Origin: Dimorphilus gyrociliatus
Lineage: Eukaryota > Animalia > Annelida
Assembly (NCBI GenBank): GCA_904063045.1
Contig: CAJFCJ010000041.1
Location: 25,701-89,700, forward strand
Direction of reading: 5' to 3'
Length of the DNA stretch: 64,000 nt
Below the pieces are notes generated by a model. That model was not told where the DNA came from, searched no databases, and saw only the letters and a list, made by a program, of their open reading frames with translations. Position 1 is the stretch's first letter. Each line of letters opens with the position of its first letter. A program made the translations under genes and the position numbers. Below are positions 52,960 through 64,000 of the stretch, one piece after another.

Positions 52960-53163
52960 TCTACTTTCCTTCCAGGGGTTGTAGGTAAGTACTGGTCCAA
53001 ATAGAACCAAATTAGGAGTAAGCCACTTAGAAGAGAGATGTAGAATTGAGGGAGGATGAATATAGAGCCAAAACGTAAGAATAATATAACTGTATCCTAA
53101 AGTAATACTAGACCTGTTCACTAAGTCAGTTGATTCAGGACTGAATGCCTCTTACTACCTACA
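52960..53163. mobile_element. LTR family C, partial copy
   Basis: tctactttccttccaggggttgtaggtaagtactggtccaaatagaacc... matches 36158-36360. Confidence 0.85.
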
Positions 53164-53164
53164 T

Positions 53165-54515
53165 CACTGTAAGAATGCTGCCTAAAAAGACCATAAGACC
53201 CCAAAAGCGCTTTGAAAACCAAAGTGTTATGGAAAACTTCCTCAAGGACCACCCTAAAATTATCATCAAACTAGCTGACAAAGTCAGATGAATTGTCTAA
53301 TGGATCAGGAAGACTATGTTTTTGAGGCTATGACACAATTTTGTGACAAAACAACTTATAGAATGGTCAATATTAGAATAGGCTCCACTCAATGGTCTAG
53401 AATCAATGAAATTCTTAAGCAATTGGTGGTGATTAAAATCATCAGTAACAGTACAGCAGCCCTGTTGGTTCCACTGAATAGCCAAAAAGATAGGATGTTT
53501 TACCTCCTCCCAAAAATCTGCAAAGAGTACTCTCAATGAAGGGTTCCAAATAGAATCCCAAAGGTTAGACCTGTGGTGAGCTACGTTGGGAATATGATAT
53601 AGTTTCCAGGTACTCCAAGGACATAGAGTACTATGGTAGTTATATTGATGATATCATTGTGGTCACCAAACCAGACAAAGACATTAAATTATTTACTGAG
53701 GAACTCAATGATAAAACACCTGACATTAACCTGTCTTGGTCAGAAAACCCCAAAGCAACTACATTTTCGGACTTGGACTTACACATATTAGGAAGCTCTC
53801 TAACCTGGAAAACACACTTTAAGGTTACAGACTCCAGAATCCTACTACATACCAAGTCTAATCACCCACCACACACTTTTAAGGGCATTCTTATGAGTCA
53901 ACTCACAAGATACATGAGGAACTGTAAAGATCATGACATGGCTATTTTTCAGTTTAAGGAGCTCATCAAAATCAACAAGGCTAATGGTTATACTGATACA
54001 ATGATGAGGAACACCATAAAAAATTTGACACAAGAGCCAGAGAAAAGAACTAGCTGAAATACAACATTCTGAGATGTAACAAGGGGAGATGTGATACCTG
54101 CCTTAGATTTAACATGAGAAAGGAGATTTTTGACCTATATCAGGTCAACTCTTGGAAACTGATGGGCAATGTTAGCTGTATCACTAAGGGTTGTATATAT
54201 ATATATATATATCCTACAGTGTTCTACCTGTGGTATGGGTTATGTTGGTATGACCACAGATACAATTAAAAGCAGATGGGGTACACATAACCTGGCCTTT
54301 AGGAACAAAATTAATAGACCCTTATACAACCATATGGCTACACATGATATCAAACAGTTTAACATATACATTGAGGTTATAGTCCCAAACTCTCAGAGAG
54401 CCTAACACTGGTCTGGTTAATGAGGAAAGAAACAGATATCATCAACCATTTGGATACAATTAGCCCACATGGTTTCAATAGGCATGAGAGGTTCACCACA
54501 AAGGAAATGGTTCCA
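53165..54515 (+). mobile_element. Penelope-like retroelement (RT + GIY-YIG endonuclease), decayed
   Basis: IIIKLADK, FYLLPKI, RPVVS, YIDDIIVV, TFSDLDL, SNHPPHTFKGILMSQLTRY, and C-terminal VVY(IY)nILQCSTCGMGYVGMT...HMATH...PHGFN. An internal RT deletion lies near 53600. Confidence 0.9.
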
Positions 54516-54534
54516 CTACTTATACCACAACTTA

Positions 54535-55068
54535 AGGGAAAATTTGTCAAAATCTTTATCAATCTTCAAAGTCTCTAAAAGAACTCTATCTTTTAGACTG
54601 CAATTTACATGAAAATGTTTGGTTAAAGTTGACAGATCTTCTGAAATCTTGTTCCCAAATTGAAATAATTTATATACAAGAGAATACAAATATGGGAAGT
54701 GGATTATCTGATATTGGTGATGGACTTTTGTATTCATCAAATAGTTTAAGAAAAATAAGCCTTTATAAGTGTTATTTGATTCAAAATCAAAGCAATACTT
54801 AGCTAATTAACTTAAAAATTGCTCTAAAATAGAATTGATCAATCTAGCATATAATGAATTTATGGAATATGGATTATCTGATATTTGTCAAGGACTTTTA
54901 AATTCATCAAATACTTTAACAAATGTCAACTTTACAGAATGTTTGTTTAATGAAAAAAATCTAAATGCTATAATAGAGTTAATAAGAATATGTTCCTCAT
55001 TAAGAACAATCATTCCAGAGAATTTACAAAATATTCTGATCAAAGCAAATGTTTGCAGTATAGTTTGA
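54535..55068 (+). pseudogene. RNI-type LRR C-terminus (NLR-like), frameshifted
   Basis: KICQNLYQSSKSLKELYLLDCNL...LLKSCSQIEIIYIQENTNMGSGLSDIGDGLLYSSNSLRKISLYKCYL..., then CSKIELINLAYNEFMEYGLSDICQGLLNSSNTLTNVNFTECLF. The repeats alternate as in RNI-like LRRs. One frameshift and one stop. Confidence 0.75.
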
Positions 55069-55194
55069 ATGAATATATATTTTAATCTCTGATTTTCATT
55101 TATAATATAATAAAGACTAGTTATGAGACTTAAAATATTCTTTTCTAATATTTTTTGATCTACAAAGATCTTTACTTTCTTCTCAATGGAACTC

Positions 55195-55435
55195 TGGTTG
55201 GAGCTCCTGAAGGATGATTCTGTAATCACTTTGGTGATGGAATCTAAACTTGCCCCCTAGCAAAAAGTCACATCCATCAAATCCTCCATACTGCCGTGAA
55301 TCAAATTTGCCCTCAGCACACATAGATTTGGACTCAGCAGTTGTAGAGGGTCTACATACAGCTATGTCTGCTACCAAAAACGCATTGCATCTCATATTTG
55401 AGGCCCCAACCAGGAAGGTGTCATAACAACTCAAA
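55195..55435 (+). mobile_element. Possible non-LTR retrotransposon (R2/NeSL-type) RT-thumb fragment
   Basis: GC-richer island reading ELLKDDSVITLVMESKLAP*QKVTSIKSSILP*IKFAL, similar to the L-x-PWQK...I-x-TFILP-x-L-x-F motif of that group. Confidence 0.4.
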
Positions 55436-55439
55436 TTGA

Positions 55440-57091
55440 AGTGCAAAAAAAGTAATGTAAGTGGCAAATGGTTAGCTGAAAATGCAATACTTCCATTTGC
55501 TAATATGGGAAATATTGTAAAAGTAAACAATTGCAAGGAAATGATCAATCACTGTAGAAGAAAAAATCAATTTAATGAATCAATTGGACGAAATTTTCTC
55601 ATAAATAATGCATACATACCAGATCACTCTTTAAGAAAAGATATTTTTGAAAATGATGAAAGGATCATTATCTTCTCCACATGAAAACAACTTGATCTGC
55701 TTTCATCACCTTTAAAATTGTAAAATTTCCTTTTAAAAAATTATTTTCTTTGCATTCATTTTTGAAAAAATGAAGTAAAACAGATGCCCTTAATGTTTGC
55801 ATTTATGACATCAAAGAAGAAGAGAGCTTATAATATATTATTTAATATATCAAGTATAAAGGGAAGGAGAAAACTAAGAAGTATTTGTAATAATGATGTC
55901 AGGTCATCAGGCAGAAAAATTGCTGAAGATATTTTATTAAAATGTTCAGCTGAGGAGATTAGTTTGCCAATTATGGAAAATTTGAGAAGATTAGCTAATG
56001 TCACCAGACAGAAGAAAAGACCTATAACATAAAATAATCCATTTTTTGAGATAAATATTGATTTTCTTCCTGATGATTTCCTGCAAGGAGATGTTTCATT
56101 TGGAAATCAGAGAATAATCATATTTGCTTCCAAGCAACAGTGTGACCTTTTATCCAAAAGCAAAGTTTGGTATCTGGATGGTACATTTAAGGTTGTCAGA
56201 GAACCATTTGTTCAACTTTTCTCCATCCATTCTTTTATCAAAAAAGATGAAGAAACAAAGCAGATTCCTTTGGCATTTATTTTCATGACATCAAAGAAGA
56301 AGAAAGCATATAAACAAGTATTAAGGGTAAGTTAATAAACATTTCATCTAACCTCTAAATTTTATCATATTCTCTAGGAAATTCAAACCATTACAAATTA
56401 TTCCAAACCAAAAAAGTTCTTTGCTGATTATGAGTTAGGATTATGCACTGCTTTATCATCTGTTTATCCTAATGTACCAATTCAAGGATGTGTTTTCCAT
56501 TGGACACAAGCAGTTTTCAGAAAAATCCAAGTAATATATTATATTACATAGTTTTATTATATAATTATTTCATGTTTTTAGAATTTGGGATATGCAACTG
56601 AATATAAAACTAGGCTGACCTCTAAAAATATGATGAGAAATTTATTGGCTCTTCCTTTTCTTCCTTCTGAAGTAATACCCCATTTTTTTTCATCTTTAAA
56701 AGAAGAAGCTTTTGAGAAAAATGTATATAAAGATTTGTATGAATATATAGAAAATACCTGGATTAGAAATTCTATTTGGACACCAGAATGCTGGTTTGTT
56801 TTTGGAATGAGTATTAGCACAAATAATGATGTTGAAGCATGGCACAGGAGACTTAATGAAAAAACTTTGCCTAAATCTTGCTTCTACTTATTAGTTGATT
56901 GCTTGAAACATGAAGCTTCTTTGATTCCAGTTTTTCAAAAACTTCTAACTGAAAAGAAATTAAGAAAATATCAAAGGCAAATGACAATAACAAAACAAAA
57001 GAAAATTTTTGACATATGGGATGAATATAAATTTGGTCAAATAACAGCATTTGATGTATTGGAAAAAATAGCAAACATTTATTCTGATTAA
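55440..57091 (+). mobile_element. MULE transposase (Phantom-like), 5' rearranged, one stop at 56030; two introns
   Basis: WYLDGTFKVVREPFVQLFSIH, KQIPLAFIFMTSK, FADYE, GCVFHWTQAVFRKIQ|, STNNDVEAWHRRLN. Introns at 56327-56378 and 56531-56581. A deleted duplicate fragment lies at 55600-55850. Confidence 0.92.
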
Positions 57092-57471
57092 CATCTTTAA
57101 ATTGTGATTTTCATATATTTAGCATTTTTATGTTGTGTTTAGTTTATTAACTCTGATAAATTTCTTATTTTTCATTAACTATATTATATACATTTTTCCC
57201 ATTATTTCTTTTAAAAGAAGAATATTCAAGTTCCAGCAAAAAGGTTAAAGCTTATAATAAAATGGTGTTCATTGATGGACAAACATTCACAAATCAGATA
57301 TTTAGAGGTTAGATTTTAGGTTAAAAAATTATCAGGTAAATTATCAATTAGCTGCCTTTCATAAAATGTATCACAGGTAAACCTAGATTTAATTCTATGT
57401 TCCTTCCCATGTACCCATCTTAGGGTTAGGGTAAAAGTTAAAGATATGTAGAATGTTTTCCATCATTGAAT

Positions 57472-57894
57472 TGCACAACTTTGGTTATATTTAACATGTT
57501 TGAACTCTATTATTTGATGCAACTTATACATGTACATCTTAAAACCTACTCAAGAAAATGCTATAACATTGGCCAAACATAAGTTTGATTAGTCAGCTTG
57601 AAGGCTCATCTTTAATTACCAATAAAGGTTTGGCCAAGGACCTGGGAAAATCATCTGGAAACAACCTCCACTGGAACCATCCATCTACTCCTCAACATTG
57701 GAAGACAGTTTGGTAATTTGGCAACCTGCTATTATGAACTATCTACTCTGCTATTGAACTCTCATATTGTTACTTGCTTAAGTATTATTATTGCGAATAA
57801 ACCATTTTAATTTAAACATTTGTTTAAAGGTTTGAGTAGAACCAGTATTGTTATAACTTGCAAATGCATAGATTTTGCCAGCAAGAGCAGTACA
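57472..57894 (+). mobile_element. Solo LTR family A with ~210-bp internal deletion and 4-bp TSD GAAT
   Basis: GAAT at 57468-57471 and 57895-57898. The empty site is at about 48077-48080. The deletion junction is ttggCCAAG|gacctggg. Confidence 0.92.
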
Positions 57895-58326
57895 GAATGA
57901 CTAACAGAAACAATCTGCAGTTGATTTTTCTCCATATTTTGGTTCCAAATATAAAAAATAGATTTTTTTTTTAATTATTAAAACATGTTTAAAGGATTGT
58001 ATGGAAATCATCAGAAATCTACACTGCTGTTTGACAAAATATAAAGAAAAAGAAACCAATATCCTGGCAGCTGGTCTTTTATTAAGATCTTTGTTACAAC
58101 ATCACATAATCAACAAGAAAAATATATTTAATAACCAAATGAGATACAAAAAAAACAAACTGTAATTAATTAATTGATTGATAAATCTGGGTTTTGTTTT
58201 GTTTTTAAAGTTAAATTAAATTTTTAAAAATACAATAAAGTTTATTGAAAATTTCCATTTTAATAATGAAAATTTGCAATTTTTTTTTTAATCTTCCTTA
58301 TTCATTTTTTTCTTTCAAACTTCCAA

Positions 58327-61300
58327 ATGGCTTTGAATTGTTTGCTGTTAAAATTATTTATATTTCATTTATTTACTCAATGCCTTTTCTTTCACTATTA
58401 CTATTATGATTCAATGGTAGTTGTTGTTAAAATTTTTGACCACTTCTTTAATATAAATTTTTTTCTGTTTTTCTCTTCACCAGGCACTTTTGAAAGACTT
58501 GGCTGGAAATTTTCAATTAGAAAATGGCTCTTGTACCATAAATTATTGCTATGGAAGTTTATTCCATTATTACAAATCAAGAAAAAGTCTAGTTATTCAC
58601 AATATAAGTAGTGAATCAAGAGTTTTGCTAAATGAAATTTGTGATAGAATGGGATATGATAAAGTAAAAGCTGAGCCTTTCTACAAGGAAATATCACCTA
58701 AAAGTCTATTTAAATTTATTATGTTTTTTATAATAGAAAATGTTCATCATTTTAACAGAATTCAACAAGTTGTTTATATATTATAACGAGATAACTGAAG
58801 AGTTTCATTATATGATTGATTTTGACCAATCAGATATCAGTTTTATTGACATTTCTCTTAAATGCTATTTTAGAAATCAGTCTTGTAGAAAGAATATTTA
58901 TTTCTCTCATTCATTTCTCTTCCCTTCACACATTTTATCTTTCAGACTACTTTTCTATACATCACTACACTTTTACAAATTCAGAAAATCAATTCATCAT
59001 ATACTTTAAACAATTTAACAACAATTCAAAAATTGTATGCTTAATTGATGAACTGAATGATGTTTGCAAAAGGAAATCTTACAAGATAACACTGAACCAT
59101 TTTGAAAGTCTTTTTGATTTGAATGACAATATTAAATTGAAAAATATTCCATACTGCTCTTTAAATTTTTGTACAAATGCCAATAAACAAAGCAACATAT
59201 CAATAAAATGGATGAAAGAGATGAATAACAATTGGTTGAAAGATGAGCCAAACAATTTAGATAAATTGATGCCAGTGTATCACAGTTACAATAGTTATGA
59301 TACAATTCCATTATTATTTGAATTTAGAAACAATAGCCAATTGTTAAATACTCTATCAACTTTGTGTAATGAGTACAATCAGAAATTCTATCATACATTT
59401 TCTGGACAGAAAACTTATGAAATATTTCATTATTGGCATTTATCTTATAGTGAAAATTTTGTAGACGTCATCACTTGTTCCCAATCCAAGGAAACAATTA
59501 AACATTGTCGGATTATCAATCAACACTATAGATACTACGATCATTACACAATTAAATTGAAATGTTTTAATGAAATTCTAAAACCTTTGAGGTTGATTGC
59601 AGGTGATACACAAGACAAGTAAAAAAAAAACACTCTACTCTTTTTTAAAAACAATCTACAGCTTCTTCTTTTAGAATATCAAATTTAAATTCTCATTTAT
59701 ATTCTCATAATTTATCAAAACACCAATCTTTTAGTGGAGAATTACAAGTTAATTATCAGGGCTATTGGTATAGAATTGCTCATATTCAATTAAATCACAA
59801 AGCAGTAAATCTGATTTGTGAATATTTCCATTTTACAAGTGGTACTGTTGATTTTCAAGATGGGATTGATAAGGAAAATTTTCCAATTCTTTCATTAAAG
59901 TGTTCAAATTCGGCAGAATCTTTTGACAGCTGTTCAATTGAGAATTTTATGAATCCAATACTCAGTGACCTATTACCATTGAGTATTTCTTGTCACCAAA
60001 CACATACTCAATGTGACAACATCTCAAATGGAACTGTAGCAACTTATAAATATTTAAACAGCTGCTACTATTTATATAAAACACCAAAAGTTGTCAATTT
60101 TTTAGAAGCTAATAGATTATGTCTGTCAAAAGGAAAGAGATTGTTAGGAGTAACTGGATATGACGAAGCTAGATTTGTTGAAGTTGCTCTCCTCTCCTCC
60201 TATATAAATTCCAATGGAAACCTAATGAAAGAAATGGGAAAGTTGAAGAAAAGTTGGCAAATTCCTACAGGTTGAATAGAATTTTTTGATGTATAGGAGA
60301 AAAAAAAGGGCTTTTCAACAATATATTAAAAAAATCTTCTATAGGATCAGTAAAAATTTCAAATGGGGAAAAGAAAATTTTGACTAGTGATAATATTTCA
60401 TATTCACTAATAGGATTGTGGGCTATTGATGCATCAATAGACAAAAGGTCAATTCAATAGAAAAAAGTTTACAATATATATATATATATATATACATGAC
60501 GTCATCTTATCTTACCTTCATTTCTTTGCATAGATGTAGAATCGATATTAATGAACCACAATTGCTTTGGAATAAGAATCCTTGTACAAAAATGCAAAAT
60601 TACAAAGAATTCAACATTCAAGGCCTATATTCAATATCTTGCTCATTGAAACTTTTCAAATCAATTTTCTGCGAAGAGGAAAAGCGTAAGAAAAGCAAAA
60701 ATGAAAATTTGTTACAATTCAATAAATTTAACATTTTAATGTTTGAAATGTTTAATAAAGAATTTTTAAAATTGAATATTTCACCATACCAAGGAATTGT
60801 TACTTTGGAAATGATTGCAAATTTAAAAATGAATGCTTTATTTATGCAAAGAATTGAAAATTATAAAAGAAAAATTGAAAGTAATAAATTAAAAGTATTT
60901 CAATGTAATTTGTCAAAAGATTATATCAGTCTTGTTTATAAATGCGATGGGAATTTTGATTGTCCTGATGGTTCTGATGAGGAAAATTGCCAAAATGGTC
61001 AACATTTATCAATCTTTCAATGTGACAATGCATCCAAGACATTGAGCATTGTACACATTTGTGATCAAACTTACAATTGTTTAGACAGATCAGATGAAAA
61101 GTATTGCGGTATGTAACATAAATTTTTCCTTTATAACAAAAAGTTTTTACGAAAAAAAAAATAGAGCATGAAAAGTGTTTAGATCCGTATTGGTAAAAAT
61201 TCAAAATTCAAAATAAAAGTTATATTTTTAAAAATATAATTGTTTTTTCTTTTTCAAGGATGTGCCAGAATAAAAGATGCATTTTGAAATATTATTTGTG

Positions 61301-64000
61301 CAATTCAATTGATGATTGTTTAGATGGTTCCGATGAGGAAAATTGCATTTCTCCTGGTATAATAGGGCTATGTGTAAAATTTATTGTTATTTATGTTAAA
61401 TCAATAGGGTATATAATCCTGACATATTGAGCTTAGGGCTACAGTTGGCCAAATTATTCTTCTATAGTTTAAAAACTTACAAATCTCTTTTCTAAGTATC
61501 TAAGCGAATGTACTGGTGTTTGTCGTAAATTTTTCAAATCTTATATAGGGCTAATGCTCTTCAAAAATTCCAATCGTCTTTTTTATGTGTTTTGCCTACT
61601 TTTGCATAAATTGACATCATTTTAGCTTCTGTTTTTTTTTCAGGAATTTACGGATTCGGATGTTCTGACGGCTCTATTATACATAGTTCCAAAATGTGTG
61701 ATTTTCAATTCGATTGTCCACAAGAAACAGATGAGAAAATTACCAAAAATAATTGTTTGTTTTGACATGAAATATTAAAAAGAGAATTTTTTTTTTATAA
61801 AAACATATAGGTTTTGAAAAAATTGAACATTCAAAATGTCATCTTTATTATAAAAATAAAAATTCAAAATCGAGTCATTTTTGGTCGAATTCTTATGGTT
61901 TTTATAATTTTCCATAAGGAATAAAATGTTTTTTGTTCTTTTTCTCTTTATAAATAGAATACTACGAAAATTTTATTTTAAAGTATCCTTTCCATGGTAA
62001 AATATTTAAAATACAGTTATATTACTACTTAAAACTTGTTAGTTTAAAAAAAATACTATTAACAACTACAGATCTATACAAATGCAATTACTATTTTGAT
62101 GTGAGCAGTCATAGGCAGATTTTGAATCATCCACCATGGAATTATTTAAAAAATTGTAGACAATCTGATATGTGTCAGCCTGGAAGTTTTAAATGTAGCA
62201 CTTATGGATATTGTATTGAAAATAGTAAAGTATGTGATGGAAATTTTGATTGCTTTTTGAAAGACGATGAATTAGGATGTGGTTAATTTCATTTGTTTTT
62301 TTTTTTTTTTACTATTTACTCAAAATCAATCAATCAATCATATTAATTTTAAAAAGAAAACTTCAAAAGACAGGGATACTATCATTGTAGAAATAGTTCA
62401 ATTTATATCATCTTGTCAGACATTTGCCAGGCTAGAATAAGAAAGAGTTGTGAAAGTTATGGAAATTCAATTTGTGACGGCCGGAAATGTCCTTTAGGAG
62501 ATGATGGAGATAGTAGAATTTGCCTGGCGGATTTGTTTTGTCCAACAAATTGTTTCTGTTCATCGCCATTTGATATTAGCTGCACAACAAAGATAATTAT
62601 AACAAAACTCCATAATCTATTTATAAAAGGTTTAGAATTGAAATCGATGAAACAACGCTTCGATGAAATTTTAAATTATTTTTTTAAAATTCAAACTCTA
62701 TCATCACTAATTAAATTAATAATAAAAAATTCAAATTTATCATCACTATACGAATTGGATAAATTTGAAAATATTAAAATTCTACATTTTGAAAATTGTA
62801 GAAATTTATCAAAATTGAAAAATATCTTTTTTAAACAACATTCAAAATTATATTATTTAAATTTAAGTTTTAATAGAATTTTTGAAATTGAAAAACACTT
62901 TTTTTCCAAATTTCAATATTTAACAATTCTTGATTTATCTTTTAATGAAATTACAATATTTCCATCAGTTTTATTTAGAAATCTGGTTAGATTAAGACAA
63001 CTTTTTATTGAAAATATAAATATAATAAATCTTCATAAATCATCATTTCAAAATCTTATTAAAATCACAAAATTATCATTGAAAAATACAAATATTTTAA
63101 ATATTGTTGATATTAAATCGGATATATTTAAAAAAAATATCAATTTGAAAATTTTAAATAGTAAATATATTATTTTATGCTGTTTTGGTGAAAAAATGAG
63201 GAAAGGACTGTTTTTTGATTGTAAACCAGAGAAAACTATTTTCTTTTCCTGTGGTCAATTAATTAATTCTACTACTTTAAAAAGTTTGCCAAACATAAAC
63301 ATCTTTTTACTATTTTTTTCTTCTTTTTTTTTCCATTTTAAAAGAGCTCGTTTATATTATGATTTTTCTTGGTTTTTTTGGTAACATTCTGTCATTATAC
63401 TTTAAGATTAGTTGTCTGAAAAGACCAACAAATTTACTTCAAATAAATTTAACATTGGCAGATTTACTTTTCATTATATATCTCTTAATAATTGCTATTT
63501 ATGATTGGAATTTTAGTGACGACTACCTGAATCATGATTGGGAATGGAGACATAGTAAAATGTGCCAATTTCTTGGAGTTCTTAGCAGTTCAACCTGTCT
63601 CCTTTCATCAGTTAGTCTAGTATTTTGGACATTGGAAAAGGCGGCTGCTGTTAAGAATAATACTAAAATTCTTTTTCTGAGTTATAAATCAATATCACTT
63701 ATACTAACCCTAACAATGTTGTCAGTTGTATCAATAGCTATATTTCCGTCATTTTTCTTTCAGGTTGTTTCAATAGTATACACATTTTATCAATTAGAAA
63801 ATACATAATCTTTTAAATTCATAGAACTATTCAACAAGATATCCACTATGCTTTTCACTTCACCTAACAAATCAAAGAAAGGATGGATGGATTTATTCTC
63901 TTATAATGTTTTCCTTATTGCCAATATTTCTAATAGGTTTTGTTATATATCTTTATATTGATATATTCAAGGAGGTTGTAAAGAGCAGCAAAATCATTTC
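58327..64000 (+). CDS. GRL101-like GPCR #3: signal peptide, SRCR-like domains, CTLD, about 7 LDLa, LRRs, 7TM (runs off window)
   Basis: MALNCLLLKLFIFHLF. EICDRMGYD. CTLD CDNISNG...SCYYLY...EANRLCLSKGKRL. LDLa e.g. CDGNFDCPDGSDEENC. LRR-NT CPTNCFC. TM1-4 GFFGNIL...NLTLADLLFIIYLLIIAIYD...WRHSKMCQFLGVLS...TLEK. An intron at about 63281-63344 joins the LRR hinge to TM1 in frame. Confidence 0.85.

Noticed and set aside
52960-53163. Penelope pseudo-LTR
   Set aside because: The sequence is the end of solo LTR family C, which has its own TG...CA ends and TSD at 36158-36735.
1-64000. tRNA, rRNA, prokaryotic operons, alternative genetic code
   Set aside because: None recognised. Spliced genes translate cleanly in the standard code apart from the single TGA noted.

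Overview
AT-rich eukaryotic (animal) genomic DNA. Introns are very short GT-AG (about 45-70 nt), which fits a compact spiralian or annelid-type genome (inference only; no taxon marker is present). The window looks like a birth-and-death cluster of cell-surface receptor genes embedded in nested transposons. Host genes: (1) one intact 944-aa DEG/ENaC channel with a ~500-aa extracellular insertion, plus a divergently oriented pseudogenic paralog; (2) a ~2,000-aa secreted Cys-rich furin-like-repeat protein ending in a Ly6/three-finger domain and a GPI-type tail, with one in-frame TGA at a repeat Cys position; (3) three GRL101-like GPCR genes with the architecture SRCR-like + C-type lectin + LDLa + LRR + 7TM, plus a fourth SRCR remnant; (4) two secreted cadherin-like + ITIH-C-terminal-domain genes; (5) a multi-CTLD mannose-receptor-like pseudogene; (6) cadherin and RNI-type LRR remnants. 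Mobile DNA: several FLYWCH-MULE (Phantom-like) transposases, some with an N-terminal PHD finger; a foldback element with a 9-bp TSD; a MITE family carrying TAACCC repeats; a Penelope (RT + GIY-YIG) element; a possible R2/NeSL fragment; and three families of TGTAC...GTACA solo LTRs. The most striking element is a decayed env-like ORF whose motif spacing matches herpesvirus gB/class III fusogens. It is followed by a polypurine tract and an LTR related to the young solo LTRs. All alignments were done by eye; exon boundaries and element ends are approximate unless a TSD or splice site is quoted.
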